Assembly (NCBI GenBank): GCA_963796455.1
Contig: CAWCLO010000001.1
Span: forward strand, 1,152,001 to 1,216,000
DNA: 64,000 nt
Direction: 5' to 3'
Source of the DNA: Candidatus Sulfomarinibacteraceae bacterium
GTDB lineage: Bacteria > Acidobacteriota > Thermoanaerobaculia > Thermoanaerobaculales > Sulfomarinibacteraceae
The position numbers and the translations under genes were made by a program. The notes under the pieces are model-generated. The model worked only from the letters and a program-made list of their open reading frames with translations, ran no database searches and was not told the origin of the DNA. Below, piece by piece: positions 39,087 through 49,124 of this stretch. Numbering within the stretch: the first letter of the stretch is position 1; the number at the start of each line of letters is the position of its first letter.

Positions 39087-39827
39087 ATGGACACCTGGAT
39101 CCTTCCCCTCCTGGCTGTGGCCGGCGTCGCAGTCGGGTTTCTCAACGTGACGGCAGGGGGCGGCTCGCTCATTTCGATGCCGCTCCTGATCTTCTTCGGT
39201 CTCGAACCGGCCATGGCCAACGGCACCAACCGGGTCGCCATCCTGATCCAGAACATCACGGCGGTCTCGAGCTTCAAGAATCTCGGTTACGCCGAGTGGC
39301 GACTCAGCCTGGGTCTCGCGCTGTGTACCATTCCCGGTGCCGTGGCCGGCGCATTCGCCGCGATCGTTGTGGATCCAGAGCTCTTCAAACGAATTCTCGG
39401 TATTGTTCTGGTCGCCTCGGTCATCCTCATTCTGAGAAAAAAATCGCTCTCCGGAAATGAAGGAGAACGCAAGGCTCATCCACTTCAGGCACATCTCGCG
39501 ATGGTTGCTGTCGGTTTTTATGGAGGTTTCATCCAGGCCGGGGTCGGCTTCATTATCATGCCGGTGCTCTACGGTCTGCTCAACCTCGACCTGGTCAGGG
39601 TCAACATGCACAAAGTCTTCATCATCGGCATCTATACCATCCCCGCCCTGATCGTCTTTGCAGCCAAGGGCCAGGTGTGGTGGGTCGGCGGAGCGGCCCT
39701 TGCCGTCGGCAATGCCTTCGGAGCGTGGATCGCCACTCGTGTCACCGTTTCCCGGGGTGAAAAAGTCATCCGAGTGGTATTCATCGCGTCCGCCATCACG
39801 ATGGGTATCAAATTGATCTTGAGTTAG
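39087..39827 (+). CDS. Sulfite exporter TauE/SafE (TSUP) family membrane protein
   Basis: GFLNVTAGGGSLI, ANGTN, GFYGGFIQAGVG; the upstream ORF extension is repeat-derived. Confidence 0.9.
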   Translation: MDTWILPLLAVAGVAVGFLNVTAGGGSLISMPLLIFFGLEPAMANGTNRVAILIQNITAVSSFKNLGYAEWRLSLGLALCTIPGAVAGAFAAIVVDPELFKRILGIVLVASVILILRKKSLSGNEGERKAHPLQAHLAMVAVGFYGGFIQAGVGFIIMPVLYGLLNLDLVRVNMHKVFIIGIYTIPALIVFAAKGQVWWVGGAALAVGNAFGAWIATRVTVSRGEKVIRVVFIASAITMGIKLILS

Positions 39828-39920
39828 CATCAAGCCACAAGCAAAAAATATGCGACCCCATCGAAGTGAAACCCTGTATGATGTCCCCCGGCGGTCGCCC
39901 AGCCGATCTGGAGGTGGAGT

Positions 39921-41087
39921 GTGAATCCCCGTTGTGTTACAGCCAAAGTCCTACTCACAGCCCTGGCTGTTGTCGGGCTCTCAGCATGCGGATCCGAACC
40001 CGTAGTGGGCATCCTGCTCCCGACGACCGGTTCAGCCAGTCCATACGGCGAGTCGATGAAGAACGGCATTGATCTCGCCCTTGATCTGGAAAAAGAAAAT
40101 CTCCCCGCAGGTTTCACCGTGTTGTGGGGCGATACCTCCTCGGAACCCGAGACCGGCGCGGCCGAGCTCCGCCGCCTCGCCGGTGAGGGCGCCGTGCTTT
40201 TTGTCGCGGGAACAACCAGTGACACCGCGGAAGCCCTGCTGCCTGTGCTTGAAGAAACCGACACCATCGCATTGACTCCATCGGCATCGGCACCGAATCT
40301 GACCAAGGATTCGCGTCGCTTTTTCAGGGTCTTTTCTTCAGACGAGCTCGAGGGCCGCCGGGCGGGTCGTTTCATCTACGACGACCAGGATCGAGGTTCG
40401 GTCCTGATTTATGCCGAGGACTCCGCTCAGGCGCATGGTATCGAGCCGCCATTCAGGCTGGTCTATGAGCAGGCCATGGGTGGCGAAGTGATCGGTCGAG
40501 TCGTGGTCGGGGACGGCGACTGGGAACAGGAATCGGTGGATCTGCTGACCTCCGGGGCCCCTGAAGCGGTCTATGTGATCGGCTATGGAGCGTCGACAAT
40601 CAAGGTTCTCCGTCATCTGCGCGAGAAGGGCTACGACGGTCTTATCTGCGCCACGTCGGCGTTCTATACGGGCGAGATCATCGAACAGAACCCCGAGCTG
40701 GTTGAGGGAGTTTTCTTTCCGCAGCCGGCATTTGACAGCAAGTCCGAGAGCCAGCTCGTGCAGGACTTCGTTACTTCCTATCGCCAGCGCTTCGGTAGCG
40801 AGCCGGACATCTATGCGGCGCACGCATACGACGCGATGAGAGTCGTGGTGTGGGTGGCCAAGGATGCCAAGGTTTTCACCCCGAACGATATTCGAAAGTC
40901 CCTCGCCTATGGCATCAAAGAGTTCTCCGGGGTCACCGGAATCATCCAGTTCAACGATTACGGCGATGTTCATCACAATCCGATCATGTTCATCGTCAGG
41001 GATGGCGAAGTGCTCAACTACGAGCGCTATGTCGAAGAAGAGAAGGCAAAGATCCGGGAGAGGATCAAGGACCTTCTCGCGGGCTGA
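39921..41087 (+). CDS. LivJ-like periplasmic substrate-binding lipoprotein (orphan)
   Basis: Lipobox LSAC, VGILLPTTG, PSASAPNLT, FFRV, YAAHAYDA, FSGVTGIIQFN. Confidence 0.85.
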   Translation: MNPRCVTAKVLLTALAVVGLSACGSEPVVGILLPTTGSASPYGESMKNGIDLALDLEKENLPAGFTVLWGDTSSEPETGAAELRRLAGEGAVLFVAGTTSDTAEALLPVLEETDTIALTPSASAPNLTKDSRRFFRVFSSDELEGRRAGRFIYDDQDRGSVLIYAEDSAQAHGIEPPFRLVYEQAMGGEVIGRVVVGDGDWEQESVDLLTSGAPEAVYVIGYGASTIKVLRHLREKGYDGLICATSAFYTGEIIEQNPELVEGVFFPQPAFDSKSESQLVQDFVTSYRQRFGSEPDIYAAHAYDAMRVVVWVAKDAKVFTPNDIRKSLAYGIKEFSGVTGIIQFNDYGDVHHNPIMFIVRDGEVLNYERYVEEEKAKIRERIKDLLAG

Positions 41088-41118
41088 CCGAGGCTGTCGG
41101 CGATCCGGGAGCTAGCTG

Positions 41119-42405
41119 GTGCGGGTTCGTCTCGAGTCCATCGGTTGCCGGCTCAACACCGGTGAGATCGAGGCCATGGCCCGTGGTCTGGCTTTCGCGG
41201 GCCACCGCGTCGTCGGCCCGGGTGAAACGGCCGAACTCTGCATCCTCAATACCTGCACCGTCACATCCATCGCCTCGAAGAAAAGCCGTCAGCTGATCCG
41301 CCAACTCCGGCGAGCCAACCCCGACGCAACTGTGGTGGTGACCGGGTGCGATTCCGAACTCGCGCCGGACCGCGCCCTTGATGCGGGTGTCGATCTGGTG
41401 GTTGGAAACGACGACAAGGATCGTTTGCTCGAAATCGTTGCCGACCGGGGCCTTCTCAGTGAGCCCGAACCCGATCTTGACGAATCCAAGCTCTTCAGCC
41501 CGGGACGGGAAACCCGAACCCGGGCATTTCTCAAAGTCCAGGATGGCTGCGATAACCGCTGCACCTTCTGCGTCACCACCATTGCGCGCGGCGCCGGGAG
41601 GAGCGTTTCTGCCGACCGGCTCGTCGAGGAGATTCGATCGCTGATCGAAACCGGATACCAAGAGGTCGTCTTGAGCGGAGTCCACCTCGGATCCTACGGC
41701 CACGATCTGGGGGACCGGCGGGGTCTCCAGAATCTTGTCTCCCACATTCTGAAGGAAACGGATGTCTCCCGCCTTCGACTGTCATCACTCGAACCATGGG
41801 ATCTGGACGCCGCGTTTTTCGAGATCTTCGGTGATCCTCGTCTAATGCCTCACCTCCACCTTCCGCTGCAGAGTGGTTGCGACGAAACCCTCAAAAGGAT
41901 GGCCCGCAAAACCAGTCGCGCCGAGTTTAGCGAGCTCATCGCCGATGCGCGACGCGCCATCGAACCCCTGGGCATTTCAACGGATCTCATTGTCGGGTTC
42001 CCGGGCGAGACCGATGACGAATTCGAGCAATCGATTGCTTTTGTCGAGGATGCGGGGTTTTCGAAACTGCATATCTTCCGCTACTCGAAGCGCGAAGGCA
42101 CACCCGCCGCACAGATGCGAGGTCATATCAACGGGGCCATCGCCGCGGAGCGCAGCCGGCGCATGCACGACCTCGGCGCCCGACTCGAAACTCGGTTCAA
42201 TACGGCGATGGTCGCTTCGGTCGCCGAGGTCCTGTGGGAGACAGCGGAAGACCTCGGTGATTCCCTGCGGTGGAGCGGCCTCACTCCGAACTATGTGAGG
42301 GTGGCCGCAACCACCGCGCCCGACACCGATCTGCTCAACACGGTGACGCCCACCGAAATCATCGAGGCGGTGCCGGGAGGAGTGGTCGGTAGAATCAGGA
42401 ATTAG
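41119..42405 (+). CDS. mtaB: tRNA t6A37 methylthiotransferase (radical SAM)
   Basis: GCRLN, LNTCTVT, KVQDGCDNRCTFC, RLRLSSLEP, HLPLQSG, DLIVGFPGET. Confidence 0.92.
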   Translation: MRVRLESIGCRLNTGEIEAMARGLAFAGHRVVGPGETAELCILNTCTVTSIASKKSRQLIRQLRRANPDATVVVTGCDSELAPDRALDAGVDLVVGNDDKDRLLEIVADRGLLSEPEPDLDESKLFSPGRETRTRAFLKVQDGCDNRCTFCVTTIARGAGRSVSADRLVEEIRSLIETGYQEVVLSGVHLGSYGHDLGDRRGLQNLVSHILKETDVSRLRLSSLEPWDLDAAFFEIFGDPRLMPHLHLPLQSGCDETLKRMARKTSRAEFSELIADARRAIEPLGISTDLIVGFPGETDDEFEQSIAFVEDAGFSKLHIFRYSKREGTPAAQMRGHINGAIAAERSRRMHDLGARLETRFNTAMVASVAEVLWETAEDLGDSLRWSGLTPNYVRVAATTAPDTDLLNTVTPTEIIEAVPGGVVGRIRN

Positions 42406-42885
42406 GACCTAGGAATTAGGAATTTCGGATTTCGGATTTCGGATTTCGGATTTCGGATTTCGGATTTCGGATTTCGCCGAACATCCCAGGAGAAACCGCA
42501 GATCACGCAGATGACATGAGGCTGTGTTGGCCGTGGCACCACTGGCCGAATGTCATCCTGAGCGAAGGAGCTTCGCGACCGAGTCGAAGGATCACGCAGA
42601 TCAAAATTCGCTATGGGAATTGTTGTCGATGTGATGTCGCTCGAATAAAGCAGACCGACGGACTTCTCCCCTTCTCCCTTTTCTCCCCTTCTCCCTCTTC
42701 TCCCTTTCTCCCCTTCTCCCTTTCTCCCTTGCATCCTTTCGGGAATGGGATCGGGATCGGCTTGGTCGGTCCCCCCTGCCCCTCTGCTCCTCCGCCCCTC
42801 TGCCATGTCTGGGATGGATTTCCCTTTCTCCCCTTCTCCCTTTCCCCCTTTCTCCTCTTCCCCCCTGCCCCTCCGCCCCTCTGCC
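42392..42885. repeat. Composite repeat locus R11: AGGAATT and (ATTTCGG)7 heptamers, GCAGAT nonamers, half hairpin (42550-42593), TTCTCCCC and CTCTGCCC octamers, GGGATC hexamers
   Basis: Read directly; 121-bp block shared with R7. Confidence 0.9.
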
Positions 42886-42935
42886 AGAATCGGCCACGAG
42901 AACGAGACCGGATACACTGGCACGAAGGGAGCAAC

Positions 42936-43514
42936 ATGGATCGTATCGTCGAGTTTTTGTTCGAGGTGGGGATGCTCAAACGCACTCCACGATCGGGTTG
43001 GCAGTTTCTGAGCGGCGCCGAATCGGAGTCGGTTGCGGAGCACGTCTTCAGGGCGACCATGACCGCCTATGTTCTGGCCCGGATGGATGGCGATGTCGAC
43101 GCCGACAAGGTCTTACGACTCACCATCGTCCACGATCTGCCGGAGGCCCGCACCGGCGATCTCAACTATGTCCATCAGAAATACGTCATTCCGGACGAGG
43201 AGCGCGCCGCCGCGGACATGACCGATGGGCTGCCCTTTGCCGAGGAACTCCGAGAACTGATGGCCGAGTACCGTGAGGAGAAGACTCCAGAGGCGATATT
43301 GGCTCACGATGCGGATCAGCTCGAAATGCTCCTGCAGCTCAAGGAGCAATTCGACTCCGGAAGGGGAAAGGCGGAAGATTGGACCCCTTTCGTGCTCCGG
43401 CGTCTGCGAACCGATGTTGCCCGGGAGTTGGCCGACCGTATTCTGGCCGGTGATTCGGCGTCGTGGTGGTTTGATCGCGACTCGGATTGGTGGGTCCGGG
43501 GGGGTAAAGGTTGA
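42936..43514 (+). CDS. HD-domain phosphohydrolase (YfbR/HDDC2-like)
   Basis: LKRTPRSGW, ESVAEH, VHDLPEARTGD, HDADQLE. Confidence 0.9.
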   Translation: MDRIVEFLFEVGMLKRTPRSGWQFLSGAESESVAEHVFRATMTAYVLARMDGDVDADKVLRLTIVHDLPEARTGDLNYVHQKYVIPDEERAAADMTDGLPFAEELRELMAEYREEKTPEAILAHDADQLEMLLQLKEQFDSGRGKAEDWTPFVLRRLRTDVARELADRILAGDSASWWFDRDSDWWVRGGKG

Positions 43515-43578
43515 CTGTAGACGAGAGATCGAAGATTCTCGGACCCTCGAGATTCCGCTCGCTACCGAGGAGGCAGTG

Positions 43579-44106
43579 ATGGCCAGAATGGCGGTTTTGT
43601 TGACAGCCCTTGCTGTCCTGGTGGGGAGTGGGTGTGGCTCCACCACCGCAGAGCTGCCGGTGCGGACCGATTTCGACAAAGACACGAAATTTCAGAGCTG
43701 GAAGACCTTCCGATTCTCAGACGCCGGAGCAAGCGGCTCCGACTCGAGCTACCCGAAATACGATCAGCTGATCCAAAACGCGCTGATCGAGGAACTGGGC
43801 AAACGCGGATACACCCGCCTGCAGGACGGCACGCCCGATTTCCGGATCGCCTACGAAATCGGTTTTCGCGGTGACCGGACACCACAGATGACCCCCAAAG
43901 GCGGCGGCCCCGACACGATGGGCAAATCCGCGGTGGGTACGACCCCGAGCGGCACGCTGACGATCAAGATGATCGATCCTCTGAGTTCACGCGTTCTCTG
44001 GAGCGGGCACGTTACCGAAATCAAAATGAACATCATCGACCCCCAGACTGAAATCAAAAAAGCGGTGTGGCGCGTTCTGGCCGAATTTCCGCCAATCACC
44101 GGATAG
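43579..44106 (+). CDS. DUF4136-like lipoprotein (second paralog)
   Basis: Lipobox GSGC, TDFD...F..WKTF, GTLTIKMID...LWSG. Confidence 0.75.
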   Translation: MARMAVLLTALAVLVGSGCGSTTAELPVRTDFDKDTKFQSWKTFRFSDAGASGSDSSYPKYDQLIQNALIEELGKRGYTRLQDGTPDFRIAYEIGFRGDRTPQMTPKGGGPDTMGKSAVGTTPSGTLTIKMIDPLSSRVLWSGHVTEIKMNIIDPQTEIKKAVWRVLAEFPPITG

Positions 44107-44118
44107 CAGAGGAGCTCC

Positions 44119-46740
44119 GTGCAGAAGACCGCCCCCAAAATCACCCCGATGCTGCGCCAATACTTCGATCTCAAGAAGCAGGCCGGGTCGGCGCTGCTGC
44201 TCTATCGCATGGGCGATTTCTACGAGCTCTTTTTCGAGGACGCACAGACAGCGGCCCCGATCCTGGGAATCACCCTCACCCGCCGGCGTCAGAATGACTC
44301 GGTCGATGCCCCGATGTGTGGTGTCCCTCACCACGCCTTTGACGGTTATCTCGGCAAGCTCCTCGATGCGGGATACCGGGTCGCCGTTGCCGAACAGGTG
44401 GAGGACCCGGCAAAGGCAAAGGGTCTTGTTCGACGCGAAATCGTGCGCACCCATACTCCGGGAACGATTTCCGACACTGAACTCCTCGACGGTTCCGAAC
44501 GATGTTATCTCGCGGCCTTCGGCGGCGACGAGGACCACGCCACCCTGGCCTGGATCGAGGTCAGCACCGGGACCTTCGAGGGTGTACGCGCCGCCGATCG
44601 CGAATCTCTCACCGAACACCTCGCGCGGCTCGATCCGAAGGAGATCCTGGTCGCCGAAGATTGGGACGGGTGGCGCGAGATCTGGCCCCCGGAGCGCCGG
44701 CATCCGACCGTCACCCCCTTGCCCAGCGAGAGCTTTTCGCCTTCCGCCGGCGAACAACGATTGCGGCGTGTCCTCGGCGTCGTTTCGCTCCGCGGCTTCG
44801 GTCTCGAATCCGGTGAACCGCTGATCGGGATGGCGGGTGCCCTCCTCGGATACGTGGAAAACACCCAGAAAGGAGCCCTCAGTCACCTGAGTGCTTTTGT
44901 CTGCCGTGACAGCGGTGACGGATTGATCATCGATCGATCCAGTTTGAGGAACCTCGAGATCGCTTGCGCCGCGGACGGGGGTCGCTCGGGTTCCCTTTTC
45001 GGCATCCTCGACAACTGTCGGACCCGGATGGGGTCTCGTCTCCTGCGCGATTGGCTGATCCAACCGAGTGTCGATCTCGATGAAATCGGCGAACGGCACC
45101 GCGCGGTTGCAGAGCTTGTCGATGACCGAGACCTTCTGCAGGGACTCCGCGCATCGCTCGAAGGAATCCCGGATCTCGAACGACTGGCGGCACGGGTCGG
45201 ACTGGAGCTCGCCACGCCTCGAGAACTCCAGGCTCTTCGCGCCGGACTCGACCTTTTGCCGGGTCTCCTCGAGGCGATGCACAACGCAACGTCATCGCGC
45301 CTGCGCCAATTGACGGAAAAGCTGGACCCGGCACCCGATCTCGCGGAGATTCTCCACCAGCGCCTGGCCGATGAACCCGCGGTCGTCGCCGGCGCCGGTG
45401 TGATCGCCGGAGGCTGGGACCCCGAAATCGATGAACAGCGGAGTCTGGCGCGCGGCGGCAAGGAACTGCTTGCCGGGATCGAAGCTCAAGAACGCGAACG
45501 CACCGGGATCTCGTCGCTCAAGGTCCGCTACAACAAGGTTTTCGGCTACTTTATCGAAGTCAGCAAGGCCAACCTCGACAAGGTCCCGGAAGATTATGAT
45601 CGCCGGCAGACGCTGACCAATGCGGAACGCTTCATCACACCCGAACTCAAAGAGCTGGAATCCCGCATCCTGGCGGCCGAGGAACGCGCCACCACCCGGG
45701 ACAGGGAACTCTTCGGCGAGCTGATCGCCGAACTTTCGAATCATGCGCAGAGGATCGCGGCCACGGCCGGGGTTGTCGCTCGCATCGATGTGCTGGGATC
45801 GTTTTCCGAACGCGCCCGACGCTGGAATTACTGCCGGCCGATGATGACCGAGGAACCCGGCATCACCATTCGCGACGGTCGCCACCCGGTCCTCGAGGAG
45901 GTGCAGAGGGACCCGGCCTTTATCGCCAATGACTGCCACCTCGATCCCTCATCGAGCCAGATCGTCCTACTCACCGGACCGAACATGGGCGGCAAATCAA
46001 CCTACCTGAGGCAGTGCGCGCTCATCACGCTGATGGCGCACGCAGGGTCTTTCGTGCCGGCTTCGGAAGCATTGATCGGCCGCACCGATCGGATTTTCAC
46101 CCGCGTCGGCGCTTCCGACAGGCTGCTCAAGGGTGAGTCGACATTTATGGTTGAAATGACCGAAACCGCAAATATCCTCCACCATGCGACCCCACGCTCT
46201 CTCGTGATCCTCGACGAGGTCGGACGCGGCACGGCAACCTTCGACGGTCTGTCCCTGGCGTGGGCGATCGTCGAATACCTCCACGACCGGGAGGATCATG
46301 CCGCTCTCGTGCTCTTTGCCACCCACTATCACGAGCTCACCGAGCTCGGGCGGATGCTGCCAAGATTGGCCAACCGGTCGATGGACGTCAAGGAATGGCG
46401 GGGATCGATATTGTTCCTCCATCGCGTCGTCGAAGGACCGGCCGACCACTCCTACGGCATCCATGTGGCACAGCTGGCCGGAGTCCCGGAAGAGGTCTGC
46501 CGGCGGGCCGAAGAAGTGTTGACCAACATTGAAAAACACGAGCTCAACGTCTCCGGAGACCCGGTCATGCTGCAGGCGGCGGAATCGGGAGTCGATCGAG
46601 TGAACCAGATGGATCTCTTCCGATCGCCCGACGACCAGATCTCCGGCCGGCTTCGAAGCATCGATCTCGAATCGATCACCCCGATAGAAGCCCTCAATCT
46701 CCTCGCCGAATTGCGGGACAAGGTGGACGATGCAAGCTGA
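44119..46740 (+). CDS. mutS: DNA mismatch repair protein MutS
   Basis: TPMLRQY, GDFYELF, TGPNMGGKST, STFMVEM, LDEVGRGT, SYGIHVA. Confidence 0.97.
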   Translation: MQKTAPKITPMLRQYFDLKKQAGSALLLYRMGDFYELFFEDAQTAAPILGITLTRRRQNDSVDAPMCGVPHHAFDGYLGKLLDAGYRVAVAEQVEDPAKAKGLVRREIVRTHTPGTISDTELLDGSERCYLAAFGGDEDHATLAWIEVSTGTFEGVRAADRESLTEHLARLDPKEILVAEDWDGWREIWPPERRHPTVTPLPSESFSPSAGEQRLRRVLGVVSLRGFGLESGEPLIGMAGALLGYVENTQKGALSHLSAFVCRDSGDGLIIDRSSLRNLEIACAADGGRSGSLFGILDNCRTRMGSRLLRDWLIQPSVDLDEIGERHRAVAELVDDRDLLQGLRASLEGIPDLERLAARVGLELATPRELQALRAGLDLLPGLLEAMHNATSSRLRQLTEKLDPAPDLAEILHQRLADEPAVVAGAGVIAGGWDPEIDEQRSLARGGKELLAGIEAQERERTGISSLKVRYNKVFGYFIEVSKANLDKVPEDYDRRQTLTNAERFITPELKELESRILAAEERATTRDRELFGELIAELSNHAQRIAATAGVVARIDVLGSFSERARRWNYCRPMMTEEPGITIRDGRHPVLEEVQRDPAFIANDCHLDPSSSQIVLLTGPNMGGKSTYLRQCALITLMAHAGSFVPASEALIGRTDRIFTRVGASDRLLKGESTFMVEMTETANILHHATPRSLVILDEVGRGTATFDGLSLAWAIVEYLHDREDHAALVLFATHYHELTELGRMLPRLANRSMDVKEWRGSILFLHRVVEGPADHSYGIHVAQLAGVPEEVCRRAEEVLTNIEKHELNVSGDPVMLQAAESGVDRVNQMDLFRSPDDQISGRLRSIDLESITPIEALNLLAELRDKVDDAS

Positions 46741-47767
46741 TTGCATGCCTCTGGTGGTAGGCCTGGCCGGCACCACCCTCAGCGACGAGGATCGGGAGAC
46801 CCTGGAACGGATTCACCCCGCGGGCGTCATTCTCTTTGCGCGCAACTTCGCCACTCCCGAGCAGACCCGCGACCTCGTGGCCGCGGTTCAGGAATTGGAG
46901 CCTCGTCCCTTCGTCTGTGCGGATCTCGAAGGAGGCATGGTCAACCGACTGGTGGCTCTGTGGGGTGATCTGCCCGCCCCGGCCGTCGCGGGTGCTGCCG
47001 GGCGACGCGCGGTCCGTGCCCTCGGCGAAGCGGCCGGGGCTGCGTGCCGGAACCTCGGAATCCACCTCGATCTCGCACCGGTCGTTGATCTCGATTGCCC
47101 CGACGGTTGTCTTGGTGCCCAGGGAAGATGCTTCAGCGACGACCCCGAACGGGTGGTCACTCTCGCCAGCATTTTCAACGAGGGTCTGGGCACGTGGGGG
47201 ATCACCGGATGCGCCAAACATTTTCCCGGGCTCGGGCCGATCCAGGTCGACACTCACGAAAAGCTCCCCCAACTCGACGTCGATTCGACGGAGATGGATC
47301 GCCACCTCGCGGTTTTTTCCGAGCTCAGCCTGGAAATCCCCGTCGTGATGGTGGCCCACGTGATCGTCCCCGGATTCGGGGATGGCGAATTGCCGGCATC
47401 GTTGTCGCGGGCCGTCATCGAAAGGGCTTCCAATCTTCCCGGATCACCGGTGGTGCTCGCCGACGATATCGAGATGGGTGCCCTCGAAAAATGGGGCGAC
47501 CTCCCCGAACGCGTGGTGGCGGCGATACACGCCAGAAACCACGGGGTCCTGATCTGCAACGCCGTTGATCGTCTGCAAGAGATCTCCGACTATCTGACCA
47601 GCGAATCAAGCAACGATTCGACTCTCGATTCGAGGCTGACCGAGATGGCCGCAAGAATGGGAACTCTCCGACGGGATCTTCTGCAGCGCGCAGCCGCGGT
47701 GCCCGCACCGGATGATGCCACCGTCGAACAACTCTGGGAGCGGGCGCGCAAAGAGGCCGCGACCTGA
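46730..47767 (+). CDS. nagZ: Beta-N-acetylhexosaminidase (GH3)
   Basis: [30 protein letters not shown]...DTH, MVAH, DDIEMGA. Confidence 0.88.
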   Translation: MQADCMPLVVGLAGTTLSDEDRETLERIHPAGVILFARNFATPEQTRDLVAAVQELEPRPFVCADLEGGMVNRLVALWGDLPAPAVAGAAGRRAVRALGEAAGAACRNLGIHLDLAPVVDLDCPDGCLGAQGRCFSDDPERVVTLASIFNEGLGTWGITGCAKHFPGLGPIQVDTHEKLPQLDVDSTEMDRHLAVFSELSLEIPVVMVAHVIVPGFGDGELPASLSRAVIERASNLPGSPVVLADDIEMGALEKWGDLPERVVAAIHARNHGVLICNAVDRLQEISDYLTSESSNDSTLDSRLTEMAARMGTLRRDLLQRAAAVPAPDDATVEQLWERARKEAAT

Positions 47768-47782
47768 GGGGTTTTCCGCATC

Positions 47783-47814
47783 ATTCCGAACTCCGAATTC
47801 CGAATTCCGAATTC
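47783..47814. repeat. Heptamer array TTCCGAA/CTCCGAA (about 4 units), locus R12
   Basis: attccgaactccgaattccgaattccgaattc just before the queC -10. Confidence 0.85.
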
Positions 47815-47832
47815 TCCTGCGAGAATGTCCTC

Positions 47833-48516
47833 ATGACCAACCGCGCCGCCGTCCTGCTTTCCGGTGGACTGGATTCCACCACGGTTCTCGCCATCGCCCG
47901 TGCGCAGGGTCTCGAGTGTCACTGCCTGACCGTTGATTATGGGCAACGGCACCGGGTCGAGCTCGAGGCGGCGACCCGGATCGCTTCCATCTTCGGAGCC
48001 GTATCGCATCGGATCATCACCCTCGACCTGCGCGCGATCGGTGGTTCGGCGTTGACCTCCGAGATCGAGGTGCCAAAGGACGGCGACCCCGAGAGCGAAG
48101 AGATACCGGTCACCTATGTTCCGGCCCGCAACACGGTGTTGTTGGCCCTCCTGCTCGGTTTTGCAGAGGTGGTCGACGCGAACCAGCTCTTTATCGGCGC
48201 CAACGCAGTTGACTACTCCGGTTACCCCGATTGCCGGCCGGCTTTTCTCGAGGCATTCGAGTCGCTGGCAGCCGTTGCCACAGTGGCTGGAGCGGAGCGC
48301 GGCGTGCAATTCAAGATCCGCGCGCCCTTACTCGAACTTTCCAAGGCCGAAATCATTCGCAGAGGATTGGATCTCGGAGTGGACTACGGCCTGACCTGGT
48401 CGTGTTACGACCCGACGCCCGATGGCCTCGCCTGCGGCCACTGCGACTCCTGCCAACTGCGCTTGCGGGGATTCAGGGAGGCGGGCGTCAAGGATCCCGT
48501 GGTGTATGGGCGATAG
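47833..48516 (+). CDS. queC: 7-cyano-7-deazaguanine synthase
   Basis: [30 protein letters not shown]...CGHCDSC. Confidence 0.96.
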   Translation: MTNRAAVLLSGGLDSTTVLAIARAQGLECHCLTVDYGQRHRVELEAATRIASIFGAVSHRIITLDLRAIGGSALTSEIEVPKDGDPESEEIPVTYVPARNTVLLALLLGFAEVVDANQLFIGANAVDYSGYPDCRPAFLEAFESLAAVATVAGAERGVQFKIRAPLLELSKAEIIRRGLDLGVDYGLTWSCYDPTPDGLACGHCDSCQLRLRGFREAGVKDPVVYGR

Positions 48517-48661
48517 GCTATGGGCAATAGGCTATGGGCTATGGGCAATAGGCTATGGGCTATGGGCTATGGGCTACTGAGCGTCGCCGCCTTCATGTGT
48601 CGGTCATGATTAAAGATCAATTACTTCAATATTTTACAGCCTTCAGCTTATAGCCTATAGC
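48509..48661. repeat. Repeat locus R13: 10 GGCTATG/GGCAATA heptamers, partly AT-rich spacer, inverted CAGCCTT/TAGCCTA arm
   Basis: Arms at 48509-48578 and 48637-48661. Confidence 0.88.
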
Positions 48662-48669
48662 TTTCCACC

Positions 48670-48704
48670 TTGACAAACTACCTTGGTAGTATTACCTTGG
48701 TAGT
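48670..48704 (+). promoter_or_regulatory. Sigma70 promoter overlapped by two tandem 14-bp palindromes (candidate BlaI operators)
   Basis: TTGACA (48670-48675)-17 bp-TACCTT (48693-48698); ACTACCTTGGTAGT (48677-48690) and ATTACCTTGGTAGT (48691-48704). Confidence 0.85.
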
Positions 48705-48734
48705 TGTAACGATCAACAGTGATCGGGAGGAACG

Positions 48735-49124
48735 ATGGGCAAATACACACTCGGAGAACTGCAACACGCCATCATGGTCGTTTTGTGGCAGCGGGAAGAG
48801 GCGACGGTGGCCGAGGTCCACGAGGCGCTCCACAAAGAGCGCGGTCTCGCACCCACAACCATTGCCACCATGCTCCGTAAGATGGAGGACAAGGGCGTCG
48901 TCAGCCACCGCACCGAAGGCCGCCAGTTCGTCTATCAACCGACAGTCAGCGAGGATGCGGTCCGTTCGACAATGGTCGGTGAGCTTCTCGAACGGCTCTT
49001 TGCGGGCGATCCCGCAGCACTGGTTTCGCACCTGGTAGAGGATCATCAGATCGAGGACAAGGAAATCGTCAGGCTTCGCGAAATCCTCGACGAGGCCGAG
49101 GACGGAAAGGACGGACAGCGATGA
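48735..49124 (+). CDS. BlaI/MecI/CopY family transcriptional repressor
   Basis: LGELQHAIMVVLW...TVAEV...TTIATMLRKMEDKG...RQFVYQP; ATGA-coupled to an M56 gene. Confidence 0.93.
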   Translation: MGKYTLGELQHAIMVVLWQREEATVAEVHEALHKERGLAPTTIATMLRKMEDKGVVSHRTEGRQFVYQPTVSEDAVRSTMVGELLERLFAGDPAALVSHLVEDHQIEDKEIVRLREILDEAEDGKDGQR

